Source of the DNA: Promethearchaeota archaeon
GTDB taxonomy: Archaea > Asgardarchaeota > Lokiarchaeia > Sigyniarchaeales > SOKP01
NCBI GenBank assembly: GCA_048940445.1
Contig: JBHLON010000007.1
Location: forward strand, 28,663-92,662
Reading direction: 5' to 3'
Length of the DNA: 64,000 nt
The notes beneath the pieces were generated by a model, which saw nothing but the letters and a program-made list of their open reading frames with translations, searched no databases and was not told where the DNA came from. This document shows positions 52,227-61,690 of the stretch, in pieces. The position numbers and the translations under genes are program-made. The number at the start of each line of letters is the position of its first letter. The stretch's first letter is position 1.

Positions 52227-52787
52227 CTATTTTAAATCCTCTTTATATTTATACACTAATTCTGCAATTTTATGAAATATTTTCTTAACATTTGCTCCCG
52301 TTAACGCAGAAGTTTCAAAATAGGGTGCATTTAATTTTTCAGAAAGATGTTCAGCCATGGGTAATATAATTTTTCTTTCTTCTACTAAATCTATCTTATT
52401 ACCAATTAAAATACGGGGAATTCCACTTAAACCATATTTCACAGCAGTAGAATACCAATTATTGATGTTGCTAAAGGTACTCGAACGAGTTATATCAAAC
52501 ACTAATATCATACCGTCTGCACCATTGAAATAAGGGCGATGTAGCATATAAAATTGAGGTTGTCCAGCCACATCCCAAAACATTAGATTCACTGTGGCAT
52601 TGACGATCTCTAGATTGATGGGTTCTTTGACAATATTTACCCCAACTGTGGGCAAATACTTTTCTTCAAACTGTTTAGTAACAAATTTCGTAAGAAGGCT
52701 TGTTTTTCCTACAGCAGGATCCCCTATCACTATCACTTTATATATCGATTCAGTTTTCCCTTGAAATACAATATCGCTATTGCTCAT
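52227..52787 (-). CDS. Rab-like small GTPase
   Basis: GDPAVGKT, PTVG, WDVAGQ, GNKID, ETSA; no C-terminal prenylation cysteines. Confidence 0.9.
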   Translation of the reverse strand: MSNSDIVFQGKTESIYKVIVIGDPAVGKTSLLTKFVTKQFEEKYLPTVGVNIVKEPINLEIVNATVNLMFWDVAGQPQFYMLHRPYFNGADGMILVFDITRSSTFSNINNWYSTAVKYGLSGIPRILIGNKIDLVEERKIILPMAEHLSEKLNAPYFETSALTGANVKKIFHKIAELVYKYKEDLK

Positions 52788-52899
52788 GGTTCATTCTTTT
52801 TAAGATTTATTAATAATTATATTAAATATGGAGTTCAAATTTAAAAATTTTGACGATTCTTGTTAATTCTTAAGGAAGATTTCGGTTTTTTATAATAAA

Positions 52900-53442
52900 T
52901 TAGGAGGAAAGTTTTATGATTGTTTTTTCTTTGAAAGAAGAATTTTTTCCTTGCTTTCTAGCAATAAAATATATCCTGTCCAAGATAAATGTCTGCTTCT
53001 CCCACTTATTTTCAAGAATCTTTATAGTATCCATTAATAAGTTTTTATCTTTAATTTGTCCAAGACTTAAATGTGGTATGAAACCATTTTTGTAAAGTTG
53101 CACATCATTGCAATTAGGTACTATCTTCTGAATTCTATTTTGAAGATCAACAATGTTGATCTTGGGTTCTGGTTGGAGCCAGATCGTAAGATTGTGATGT
53201 CCATGAGTGAAATGATTAAATAACTTCAGTATTATTTTAAAGGGGTGGATTTGCATACATACAGCTTTAAATTCTGTTTCTAAATTATCAAATTCAGATT
53301 CTGGTCGAAAAGGATAGATTAAAGTTATATGGGGCATCCATCTATTTATTTGATGATCATAACGTTTTCTAATTTCTTGTATTGGGCCCCAAATTTCTTT
53401 AGGTGGAATAATAACAACCGCAGAAGTATACACTTTATACAT
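52900..53442 (-). CDS. 2H phosphoesterase (2'-5' RNA ligase / RNA 2',3'-cyclic phosphodiesterase family)
   Basis: Two HxT/S motifs: PHITL and PHLSL. Confidence 0.85.
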   Translation of the reverse strand: MYKVYTSAVVIIPPKEIWGPIQEIRKRYDHQINRWMPHITLIYPFRPESEFDNLETEFKAVCMQIHPFKIILKLFNHFTHGHHNLTIWLQPEPKINIVDLQNRIQKIVPNCNDVQLYKNGFIPHLSLGQIKDKNLLMDTIKILENKWEKQTFILDRIYFIARKQGKNSSFKEKTIIKLSS

Positions 53443-53467
53443 AAATCTCTTTCTATGTTATAAAAAG

Positions 53468-54067
53468 TTATCGTTTAGTTAATATACGTGTAAAGAGTAA
53501 TAATCCACCGGTAATAAAAGGTCCTATTACTCCAAAATCCATTTTAAAGTAAAACCAAAAAGGAGTGGTAAATAAGTCAGTCGAAGGAGGTGATTGACCA
53601 TACCAAACTCCTAATTCAACCATAATATCGTAGTAAGATGCAAATGAAATTTGAATCATCCATAAAATCGTAGCTACCCATATTAATATACCACACCAAC
53701 TCCAAAAAATTCTCCTATTTTCAATAGAGCTTTTTTTCCTATGCACCCTTAAGGCATCCATCATAACAATTATACTTGCAGATAATATTATAATAGAGCT
53801 TATAATCCCTGATACGAAATATGTACCTTTTAAAAAAATAGTACGTGATGTTATATAATAGATTGGATAAAGGGATTCAACTGCCGAATTGACCCACATT
53901 CCCCACATCCAAAATTTGAGTGCAATATATGGCTCTGAAGAATAATAATAACCTCCTTCCAGGTATCCTGCTGGAGTAATAATAGAGATTACAGCTATTA
54001 AACCACTTATAAATGGTAAAACCCAAAGATATGACGATAAGTCAATCTCAAATTTTCCTATTCTCAT
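53468..54067 (-). CDS. Hypothetical membrane protein (4 TM)
   Basis: Hydrophobic helices; WMWG and FGVIGPF motifs. Confidence 0.6.
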   Translation of the reverse strand: MRIGKFEIDLSSYLWVLPFISGLIAVISIITPAGYLEGGYYYSSEPYIALKFWMWGMWVNSAVESLYPIYYITSRTIFLKGTYFVSGIISSIIILSASIIVMMDALRVHRKKSSIENRRIFWSWCGILIWVATILWMIQISFASYYDIMVELGVWYGQSPPSTDLFTTPFWFYFKMDFGVIGPFITGGLLLFTRILTKR

Positions 54068-54182
54068 AAAATTTTAATATAATTTTTGAATTTAAGGCTT
54101 AAATTTGTTTAAGATTAACAGATATATAATTATTTACTTAGAAGACATAAAAGGTTTTAATATAAAAATGTTTATTTAGTTA

Positions 54183-54698
54183 ATGAATATGCAGATTAAA
54201 CATCGACATTATATTCAGAAATCTGAAGTTAAAGCTCTAAAAGAAGATTTTTTGAAACAATATGATGAAACCTTTTTAAATCAAGTCTTCCCTAAGAAAG
54301 CAAATATTGAGCTAATCCAAACTGAGAATGGAGATACCTTATATGCTATCAATAAAGAATTAAAGCTCTGGAAAACTGAGACTGATGGTTATGTGCCTGT
54401 TTTAACTTTTTTATTAAATCATAATGTCAGAATGAAGAAGATTGTAGTGGATATGGGTGCTATTCGTTATGTTGCAAATGGTGCTGATATAATGATTCCT
54501 GGAGTCACTCAGATCGACCAAACTATTAAAAAAGATGATATTGTACAAATTGTTGATGAAACGCATGATCGTGCACTAGCAGTTGGTAAAGCATTATATA
54601 ATGCAGACGATATGAATTCTAAGAAATCGGGTAAAGTAGTAAAAAATCTTCACACTGTTCAAGATGCCATATGGGAATTTGAAAAGAAGTTTACCTAA
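54183..54698 (+). CDS. Pre-PUA/PUA RNA-binding protein (DUF1947, MCT-1/Tma20-like)
   Basis: VVDMGAIRYVANGADIMIPGV, ALAVG, GKVVKNLHTVQDAIW. Confidence 0.88.
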   Translation: MNMQIKHRHYIQKSEVKALKEDFLKQYDETFLNQVFPKKANIELIQTENGDTLYAINKELKLWKTETDGYVPVLTFLLNHNVRMKKIVVDMGAIRYVANGADIMIPGVTQIDQTIKKDDIVQIVDETHDRALAVGKALYNADDMNSKKSGKVVKNLHTVQDAIWEFEKKFT

Positions 54699-54978
54699 AT
54701 TCCTCAATCAAAATTGGTATAACATTTTCTCGTTCGTGATTTGAACATGAATTAAAATCTACGCTTTCGATATCGTATGAATCAAACTGATAATCTTTAA
54801 AAAGAGTCATTATCATTCGTAAACCATTTTCGCAAAAATTATTATTATCAGTTTTACTGACTAGTTCCATTAATTTAACTATTGCATTTAGTTTCCAGAG
54901 CATTTTTTGGTTATTAATACCATTAGTTTTAAGAAAATCATCATATAGAGAGAGATAAAAGTCAAGTTCACCTATCAT
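54691..54978 (-). CDS. Hypothetical protein
   Basis: 95-aa ORF with GGAGG SD upstream. Confidence 0.55.
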   Translation of the reverse strand: MIGELDFYLSLYDDFLKTNGINNQKMLWKLNAIVKLMELVSKTDNNNFCENGLRMIMTLFKDYQFDSYDIESVDFNSCSNHERENVIPILIEEFR

Positions 54979-55342
54979 TCTTATTTACGCCTCCCCTTAA
55001 GTAAGTATCCCAATTTTTAAGCATAAAAAATGTTAAGAATCTTATATTTTTAAAATACCTTTTTTTGTCCAAATAACGTTGCTATAACACAAACTTGCAC
55101 TCGAAATTTTTTTAAAGTGACCCCAAGAAATTGATTTTTAGTTGGAACTCTCCCAAATTTTACTTTGTGATTTAAATAGAAATTTTCAGTTTTTTTGTTT
55201 GTGAGGTATCTGAATAATATTAGATATTTTAGATTAAAATAAACGTAATATGGGGATATATTCTCGATAACACACGATTCTATAATTGAACTATATCTTA
55301 TATTACTCAGATACTACTCGAGGGGTCATTAACTAGGATATT

Positions 55343-55392
55343 CTGATGACTCCCCAGCAATATAAAAATGAAAAGTTGTGTGTGTGATCTGA
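55343..55392 (+). ncRNA. Possible C/D box sRNA
   Basis: UGAUGA (55344-55349) and CUGA (55389-55392) about 50 nt apart, with a weak internal D'/C'. Confidence 0.2.
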
Positions 55393-55700
55393 TGAGTATG
55401 TATAGGAGTTATTTATTAAAGAACCAATTTTGGGCAAAAAAGGGAAACGAAAAAAGAGATGACTCAAATGGAGAGAAAGTTTTTATTAAGCATGATTCAG
55501 AGATTGGTGGAATCTATGCGATCATCAATGTAAATGAAAGAAAAGGAGTAAAGATTATTGTTAATGGCGAAGAACATTGGTTTAACAATTTTGATAAATT
55601 AGACACTTTTCTTAGCCGATTAAAACAAAAAGAAAATGATTTCATTAAAATTCTTAGAAGAAAAAATATGTCAAACAAGTTAAGAACATTAAAATTATAG
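55368..55700 (+). CDS. Hypothetical basic protein
   Basis: 110-aa ORF; the true start may be 55392 or 55398. Confidence 0.45.
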   Translation: MKSCVCDLMSMYRSYLLKNQFWAKKGNEKRDDSNGEKVFIKHDSEIGGIYAIINVNERKGVKIIVNGEEHWFNNFDKLDTFLSRLKQKENDFIKILRRKNMSNKLRTLKL

Positions 55701-55809
55701 AATTTTTTATATTTTTAAAAAAAATTCAAATTTAGAATATTACTTTTACTATTTAGTTTCCCAATTACCTTTATTTCCTATTTGGTTTTAGAAATTATTT
55801 AAACTTTTA

Positions 55810-57438
55810 TTAATTAAACTCATAAATTGGTTGAAGTCCAGATTGAAAATGTCTTAATTTCAATTCTGAACCACGAGAGATTCTTACTTTTGGAATTTTT
55901 TCTCTATTTTGAAATAACTCAGTAATAGCAGCTATAGCAAAATCTATGTGACACATGTTATATACATTTCGAGGGATTGCAAACCTTACTAAATTTAATA
56001 TACCTTTTCTTTGTTCATCTGTCTTGTTATCCCATTCAAAGGCAAAAGGACCTAATTCACATGCTCTAATTCCATAATGTCTAACCAATTCAATCGTAAA
56101 CCCGACACCTCCGAAATCGTTTATCCTCATGGGAGTATCCTCAAAAAATTTATCCATATTCAGATAAACCGCATGCCCTCCCGGAGGAAGAACAACAGGT
56201 ACTCCATTTTGAGCTAATTTCTTCGCAAAATATTGACTTTGTGCAATTCGGTCTTTAAGATATATTTCATGTGTTACCTCGTATAAACCTGTAGCTATTG
56301 ACATAATATCTCGACCACTTAGACCTCCGTAAGAATCATTTCCAAATGTAAGTATTTGTTTTTCCTTTAAATGTATACCAATATCCCCCTTATAGGAATA
56401 TTTTTGATGAAATATCCCTTTATCTCTAAAAAATAGACCACCTCCTATATTTGCTAACCCATCTTTTTTGAAACTTATTGTAAAACCATCTACATATGAA
56501 AACATTTCCTTAATAATTTTAGGAATTGAATGGTTAGAATAACCTTCTTCATATTTTTTAATAAAAAATGCATTTTCTGCAAATCTACAAGCATCAAAAA
56601 AAAGAGGGATTTCATATTTTTCTGCGATTTTATGAATTTGTTTTATATTTTTAATTGCGACTGGTTGACCTGCAGCAGTGTTATTAGTAATCGTTAGATA
56701 AATCAATGGGATACTCTCAGAACCTTTCTGATTAATAAATTCTTCTAGTTCTTTCACTTCCATATTACCTTTAAAAGGATTTTTATTCTCAAGTTGTTCA
56801 AGAGGAAAAGGATCAAATAAATTGTCAGAAAAAATATTTATAGGAATTATGTCATTAGCAGCAATATTAGCTTCCGTTGTATCAAAATGACCGTTATTCG
56901 GTATATAAAAAGTTGTATTAGGAGAAACTTTTCTAAGAATAGGAGCAATAGTTGAAAATAGTAAATGTTCGGCACATCTACCTTGTGGAACTAGAAATGT
57001 ATTAGGTCTTTTTAGTTGGAATTTCCCGCCATTTACAAAGCCTCCCTCAAATGATGTAAGATATAATTCATTCATTAATTTTTCAATATTAGTCTCTCCT
57101 GTTAGAATTAAATTTAAAGCCCTTTCAGGTTTATCTCCTCTTTCAAAAGTATCTCTTATAGCATCAAGAAGAACATAATATCCTTTATTGCGTCCATAAG
57201 CTTCATCGCCATGAAAGAGAGAAGACCATTGCAAATCAGTCATCGTGGATGTTCCACTATCAGAGAGAAAATCTAAAACAAGCATATCTGCGGGAAATGA
57301 AAACATACTGTATTCTGTTTCTTTTAAAGCGCGTTCCCTTTGTTCTTTAGAAACTTGTTTAATGTTTCTAACGACTAATGCGTGCTTAGTTGGCACAGGA
57401 ACTCCCAATTCATGCATAGACTTCATAATTTTTACCAA
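55810..57438 (-). CDS. tnaA: Tryptophanase (beta-eliminating PLP lyase)
   Basis: DFLSDSGT, GDEAY, QGRCAE, HFDTT, DACRFAEN, SFKKDG, YGGLSGRD. C-terminal LRHF favours tryptophanase over tyrosine phenol-lyase (LRFF). Confidence 0.85.
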   Translation of the reverse strand: MVKIMKSMHELGVPVPTKHALVVRNIKQVSKEQRERALKETEYSMFSFPADMLVLDFLSDSGTSTMTDLQWSSLFHGDEAYGRNKGYYVLLDAIRDTFERGDKPERALNLILTGETNIEKLMNELYLTSFEGGFVNGGKFQLKRPNTFLVPQGRCAEHLLFSTIAPILRKVSPNTTFYIPNNGHFDTTEANIAANDIIPINIFSDNLFDPFPLEQLENKNPFKGNMEVKELEEFINQKGSESIPLIYLTITNNTAAGQPVAIKNIKQIHKIAEKYEIPLFFDACRFAENAFFIKKYEEGYSNHSIPKIIKEMFSYVDGFTISFKKDGLANIGGGLFFRDKGIFHQKYSYKGDIGIHLKEKQILTFGNDSYGGLSGRDIMSIATGLYEVTHEIYLKDRIAQSQYFAKKLAQNGVPVVLPPGGHAVYLNMDKFFEDTPMRINDFGGVGFTIELVRHYGIRACELGPFAFEWDNKTDEQRKGILNLVRFAIPRNVYNMCHIDFAIAAITELFQNREKIPKVRISRGSELKLRHFQSGLQPIYEFN

Positions 57439-57562
57439 TTAAAGATAAGTAAGAAAATTATTTTCACTTAAAAAAAGAAATAAATAATTAATATTTCTAA
57501 ATAATTAAGAGAAGATATTAAAGTTTTATTTATTATCTGGAGAAGCCTAAAAGTCCTAGAAA

Positions 57563-59314
57563 GTGTCATCAAAAAAAACTTTAATATTTATATTACTTAA
57601 GATCTCAAATAGTAATAAAAATCAAATTGATCTTATGGATATACCTGATTATATAAGGGATCGTTATTGGAAAGATTTTCTGCCCTCTGGAATGAGTTTA
57701 GAAATTAATATTCCTGAAGATATGTCTTTAGCCGAACTCTTTAAAAATGGGGCTCAAGAATTTGGTAATAGTATCTCTATGAATTATTACGGAAGAGAAT
57801 TTACATTCAATGAAATGGATACTTTAACTAGGAGATTTGCTAGGGGATTGCAAAATCAGGGTGTTAAAAAAGGAGAGATTGTAGCTATTTGGTTACCAAA
57901 CAGCCCATATTTTAGTTTTGCATATTTTGCAGCTCTAAGTCTTGGAGCTACCTTAACTGCTTTAAGCCCACTTTTAGTTGCTCGGGAGGTACAATATCAG
58001 ATTGAAGATTCTGGCGCAAAATTTCTGATTTTAATCGATAAATTCTATAGTCAATATGAACGTATTCAAAATGAACTTAATTTAGATAAAGTAATTATTG
58101 TAAATGTTGAGGGAAACGTTCCAGATATTCCAGAAACAGAAAAGGTTATTCATTTTAACTCAATAATGAATCAAAATCTCTCTCCCTTAACAGATTCAGA
58201 GTTAAAAGTTAATATTGATCCTAAAAAGGATATTGCAGTTATTCAATATACAGGAGGCACTACGGGGCTTCCAAAAGGGGCGTGTTTATCTCATTATAAT
58301 ATAATAGCTAACATATTTCAAATGAAACAAATCTCAGATTATATGAAAAATGAATATATTAAGAGTAATTTTATTATTCTATCGGTTTTACCTTGGTATC
58401 ATATTTATGGGCAGACTTGTGAATTAGCACAAGCACCATTAATTGGAGCTAAGGCATACGTTTTAGCCACTTTTGATCTTCCTAAAATTTTAGAGATAAT
58501 AGAAATGAATAAGCCTAACTTAATACTTGGTGTGCCAACTATGTTCATTAATCTTCTGAATTATCCTGAAAGCAAAAATGTTGATTTTTCTAGTTTAAAA
58601 TATGCTAATGTAGGGGCAGGATCATTACCTACTGAAATATTCAAATCTTGGAAGGAAAAAACAGGGTTTGAAATGGGTGAAGGTTATGGTTTAAGTGAAA
58701 CAAGCCCTACAGTGACTAATTCACCTCCATGGGCAAGAAAGAAGTATGGAAGCTGTGGTCATCCTGTTGCAAATACTCTCGTAGGGATTATTGATGAAAA
58801 TCTAAATTTTTTGCCGATAGGAGAAGCTGGAGAATTAGTTGTTTCAGGACCTCAAGTAATGCTAGGTTATCTTAATCGTCCAGAAGAAAATCAAGAAGTT
58901 TTTTTTGAAGCTGGAGGTTTCAGATGGTTCAGAACAGGAGATTTTGCTAAATTAGATGAAGAGGGATATATTTTTATACTTGATCGAGTGAAAGATATGA
59001 TAAAATATAAAGGACATAGCGTGTATCCTCGTGAAATTGAAGAGATCTTATATGAACATCCCGCAATTATGGAATGTTCTGTATTTGGAATCCCAGATCC
59101 AGAAAAAGGAGAAGAAATTGTCGTATATGTCATCCTTAAACAAGAATATAAAGGTAAAATTAATGAGGAAGCTATAATTAATTTTGCAAAAGAAAATATG
59201 GCAGCATATAAATATCCTCGAATAATAAAATTTGTACGTAGTTTACCAAAAAGTGCTGTTGGAAAAGTTTTGAGACGAATAATTCGAGAAAAAGAAGAAA
59301 AAAAAAGAAGTTAA
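57563..59314 (+). CDS. Long-chain fatty acid-CoA ligase
   Basis: QYTGGTTGLPKG, EGYGLSE, RTGD, LPKSAVGK. Likely start is ATG 57635. Confidence 0.9.
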   Translation: MSSKKTLIFILLKISNSNKNQIDLMDIPDYIRDRYWKDFLPSGMSLEINIPEDMSLAELFKNGAQEFGNSISMNYYGREFTFNEMDTLTRRFARGLQNQGVKKGEIVAIWLPNSPYFSFAYFAALSLGATLTALSPLLVAREVQYQIEDSGAKFLILIDKFYSQYERIQNELNLDKVIIVNVEGNVPDIPETEKVIHFNSIMNQNLSPLTDSELKVNIDPKKDIAVIQYTGGTTGLPKGACLSHYNIIANIFQMKQISDYMKNEYIKSNFIILSVLPWYHIYGQTCELAQAPLIGAKAYVLATFDLPKILEIIEMNKPNLILGVPTMFINLLNYPESKNVDFSSLKYANVGAGSLPTEIFKSWKEKTGFEMGEGYGLSETSPTVTNSPPWARKKYGSCGHPVANTLVGIIDENLNFLPIGEAGELVVSGPQVMLGYLNRPEENQEVFFEAGGFRWFRTGDFAKLDEEGYIFILDRVKDMIKYKGHSVYPREIEEILYEHPAIMECSVFGIPDPEKGEEIVVYVILKQEYKGKINEEAIINFAKENMAAYKYPRIIKFVRSLPKSAVGKVLRRIIREKEEKKRS

Positions 59315-59323
59315 GTTTAAATT

Positions 59324-61684
59324 ATGAAACAGAGAATTGAAAAACTAAGAAATCAAAGCCTAAAAGCTAAACCTTATCTTTCTTTAGAACGCGCTTTACT
59401 AGTTACCGAATTTTATAAAACAGGAGTTTCTCAAAAGTATTCTTCTCCTGTTATTAGGGCGAAAGTATTCGAATATCTATTAGCTAATAAAAAGATTTGC
59501 ATTAATGAAGGGGAGCTAATTGTGGGAGAACGTGGACCAGAACCAAAAGCTACTCCAAGTTATCCTGAAGTATGTTGCCATAGCATTCAAGATTTAGAAA
59601 TATTAAACACAAGAAAAAAAATTTCATTCAAAGTATCAGAAGAAGTAAAGAAACAATCAATTGAAGAAGTTATTCCTTTTTGGAAAGGAAAATCAATAAG
59701 AGACAAAATTTTTGAACAGATGGATCAAGAATGGATTAATGCTTTCGAAGCAGGGATTTTTACTGAGTTCATGGAACAAAGAGCTCCCGGTCACACCGTT
59801 GCGGGAAAAAACATATGGAAAAAAGGATTTTTAGATTTCAAAAAGGAAATAAAAAAGTCTATTGAAAATCTTGATTTCTTTAATGACCCTAATGCTCTTA
59901 ACAAAAGAGATCAACTTAGAGCAATGGATATCGCTGCAGATGCCATAATATCATATGCAAAACGACATTCTGTACTCGCAAAACAGTTAGCAGAAAAAGA
60001 AAGTGATTTAGTAAGAAAAAAAGAATTACAAAAAATTTCTGAAATTTGCTCTCGTGTACCTGCACATGCCCCGGAAACATTTTGGGAAGCTCTTCAACAT
60101 TATTGGTTTATTCACTTAGGTATTATTATTGAATTCAATACATGGGACTCTTTTAATCCTGGACATTTAGATCAACATCTTTATCCTTTTTATAAGAACG
60201 ATATCCTAAAAGCGGTATTAACCAAAGAGAACGCAATTGAATTGCTACAAGCATTTTGGATTAAGTTTAATAACCAACCAGCTCCTCCTAAAGTGGGAGT
60301 CACTGCCGAAGAAAGTAATACCTATACAGATTTTTGTAATATCAATATTGGTGGTCTAAAAGAAGATGGCTCGGATGGGGTAAATGAACTATCCTATATC
60401 ATTTTGGATGTAATTGAAGAAATGAGAATTCTACAACCAAGCAGTAATGTTCAAATTAGTAATAAAACCCCGGATGAATTCTTAAAACGAGCCTTAAAAA
60501 TTATTAAAACAGGATTTGGTCAACCTTCAGTATTTAATACTAATGCAATTATTCAGGAGCTTACAAGACAGGGTAAAACGTTAATAGATGCGAGAAATGG
60601 GGGAGCTAGTGGATGTGTTGAATCAGGTGCATTTGGAAGAGAAGCATATATTCTTACAGGATACTTTAATCTTGTAAAAATACTGGAAATCACTTTAAAT
60701 AACGGGTTAGATCCATTAACTAGCATTCAAATCGGACTAAAAACTGGAGATCCAACAAAATTCAAATCATTTGACGAATTAATGGAGGCATTTAATAAAC
60801 AAATCAATTATTTTGTTGATATTAAAATTAAAGGCAATCTAATCATAGAAAAACTGTGGACTCAGCTTCCAGCAGTATTTCTATCAATTATTATAGAAGA
60901 TTGTATTAAAAAAGCTTTAGATTATCATGAGGGAGGAGCAAGATACAATACTTCGTATATACAAATCGTAGGAATAGGAAGTATAACTGATTGTTTAACC
61001 TCATTAAAATATAATATATTTGATAACTCGATATGTTCAATGAATGATTTGATAAAAGCTCTAAGAAGAAATTTTGAAGGATATGAAGGCTTACGGCAGA
61101 AAATTTTGCATAAAACTCCAAAATACGGTAATGACAATGATTATGCTGACTCTATAACACAAAAAGTGTTTGAGATTGTATATAATGCAATAGATAATCG
61201 TCCTAATATGAGAGGTGGAGTCCATCACATTAATTTACTCCCAACTACGGTTCACATTTATTTTGGTAAGGTAACAGGTGCCACTCCAGATGGAAGAAAA
61301 GCTTATATGCCATTATCAGAAGGAATTTCTCCGGTGCAAGGAGTAGATATTAAAGGTCCCACAGCTGTACTTAAATCTGCCGCTAAAATTGATCATCTAC
61401 GAACTGGAGGGACTTTATTAAATCAGAAATTTACACCACAATTACTTTCGACTGAATCAGGAATAGAAAAGATTGCTCATTTAATTAGAACATATTTTAG
61501 TTTAGGTGGCCATCATATTCAATTTAATGTCGTTTCAGCTAAAACCTTAAAAGCTGCTCAAAAGAATCCAGAAAAATATCAGAACCTAATAGTTCGAGTA
61601 GCTGGCTATAGTGATTATTATAACAATTTAGGTAAAGATTTACAGGATGAGATAATTAGAAGAACAGAACATAAAGTACTATAA
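59324..61684 (+). CDS. hypD: Glycyl radical enzyme, trans-4-hydroxy-L-proline dehydratase
   Basis: EFMEQRAPGHTV, NNQPAPPKVG...ESNTYTDF, SGCVE, RVAGYS. Confidence 0.82.
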   Translation: MKQRIEKLRNQSLKAKPYLSLERALLVTEFYKTGVSQKYSSPVIRAKVFEYLLANKKICINEGELIVGERGPEPKATPSYPEVCCHSIQDLEILNTRKKISFKVSEEVKKQSIEEVIPFWKGKSIRDKIFEQMDQEWINAFEAGIFTEFMEQRAPGHTVAGKNIWKKGFLDFKKEIKKSIENLDFFNDPNALNKRDQLRAMDIAADAIISYAKRHSVLAKQLAEKESDLVRKKELQKISEICSRVPAHAPETFWEALQHYWFIHLGIIIEFNTWDSFNPGHLDQHLYPFYKNDILKAVLTKENAIELLQAFWIKFNNQPAPPKVGVTAEESNTYTDFCNINIGGLKEDGSDGVNELSYIILDVIEEMRILQPSSNVQISNKTPDEFLKRALKIIKTGFGQPSVFNTNAIIQELTRQGKTLIDARNGGASGCVESGAFGREAYILTGYFNLVKILEITLNNGLDPLTSIQIGLKTGDPTKFKSFDELMEAFNKQINYFVDIKIKGNLIIEKLWTQLPAVFLSIIIEDCIKKALDYHEGGARYNTSYIQIVGIGSITDCLTSLKYNIFDNSICSMNDLIKALRRNFEGYEGLRQKILHKTPKYGNDNDYADSITQKVFEIVYNAIDNRPNMRGGVHHINLLPTTVHIYFGKVTGATPDGRKAYMPLSEGISPVQGVDIKGPTAVLKSAAKIDHLRTGGTLLNQKFTPQLLSTESGIEKIAHLIRTYFSLGGHHIQFNVVSAKTLKAAQKNPEKYQNLIVRVAGYSDYYNNLGKDLQDEIIRRTEHKVL

Positions 61685-61690
61685 ACTCAA

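Noticed and set aside
52900-53442. 2H phosphoesterase as part of the intron-splicing system
   Set aside because: It lies 21 kb away, belongs to a widespread family and shows no sequence link. Archaeal BHB ligation is normally by RtcB.
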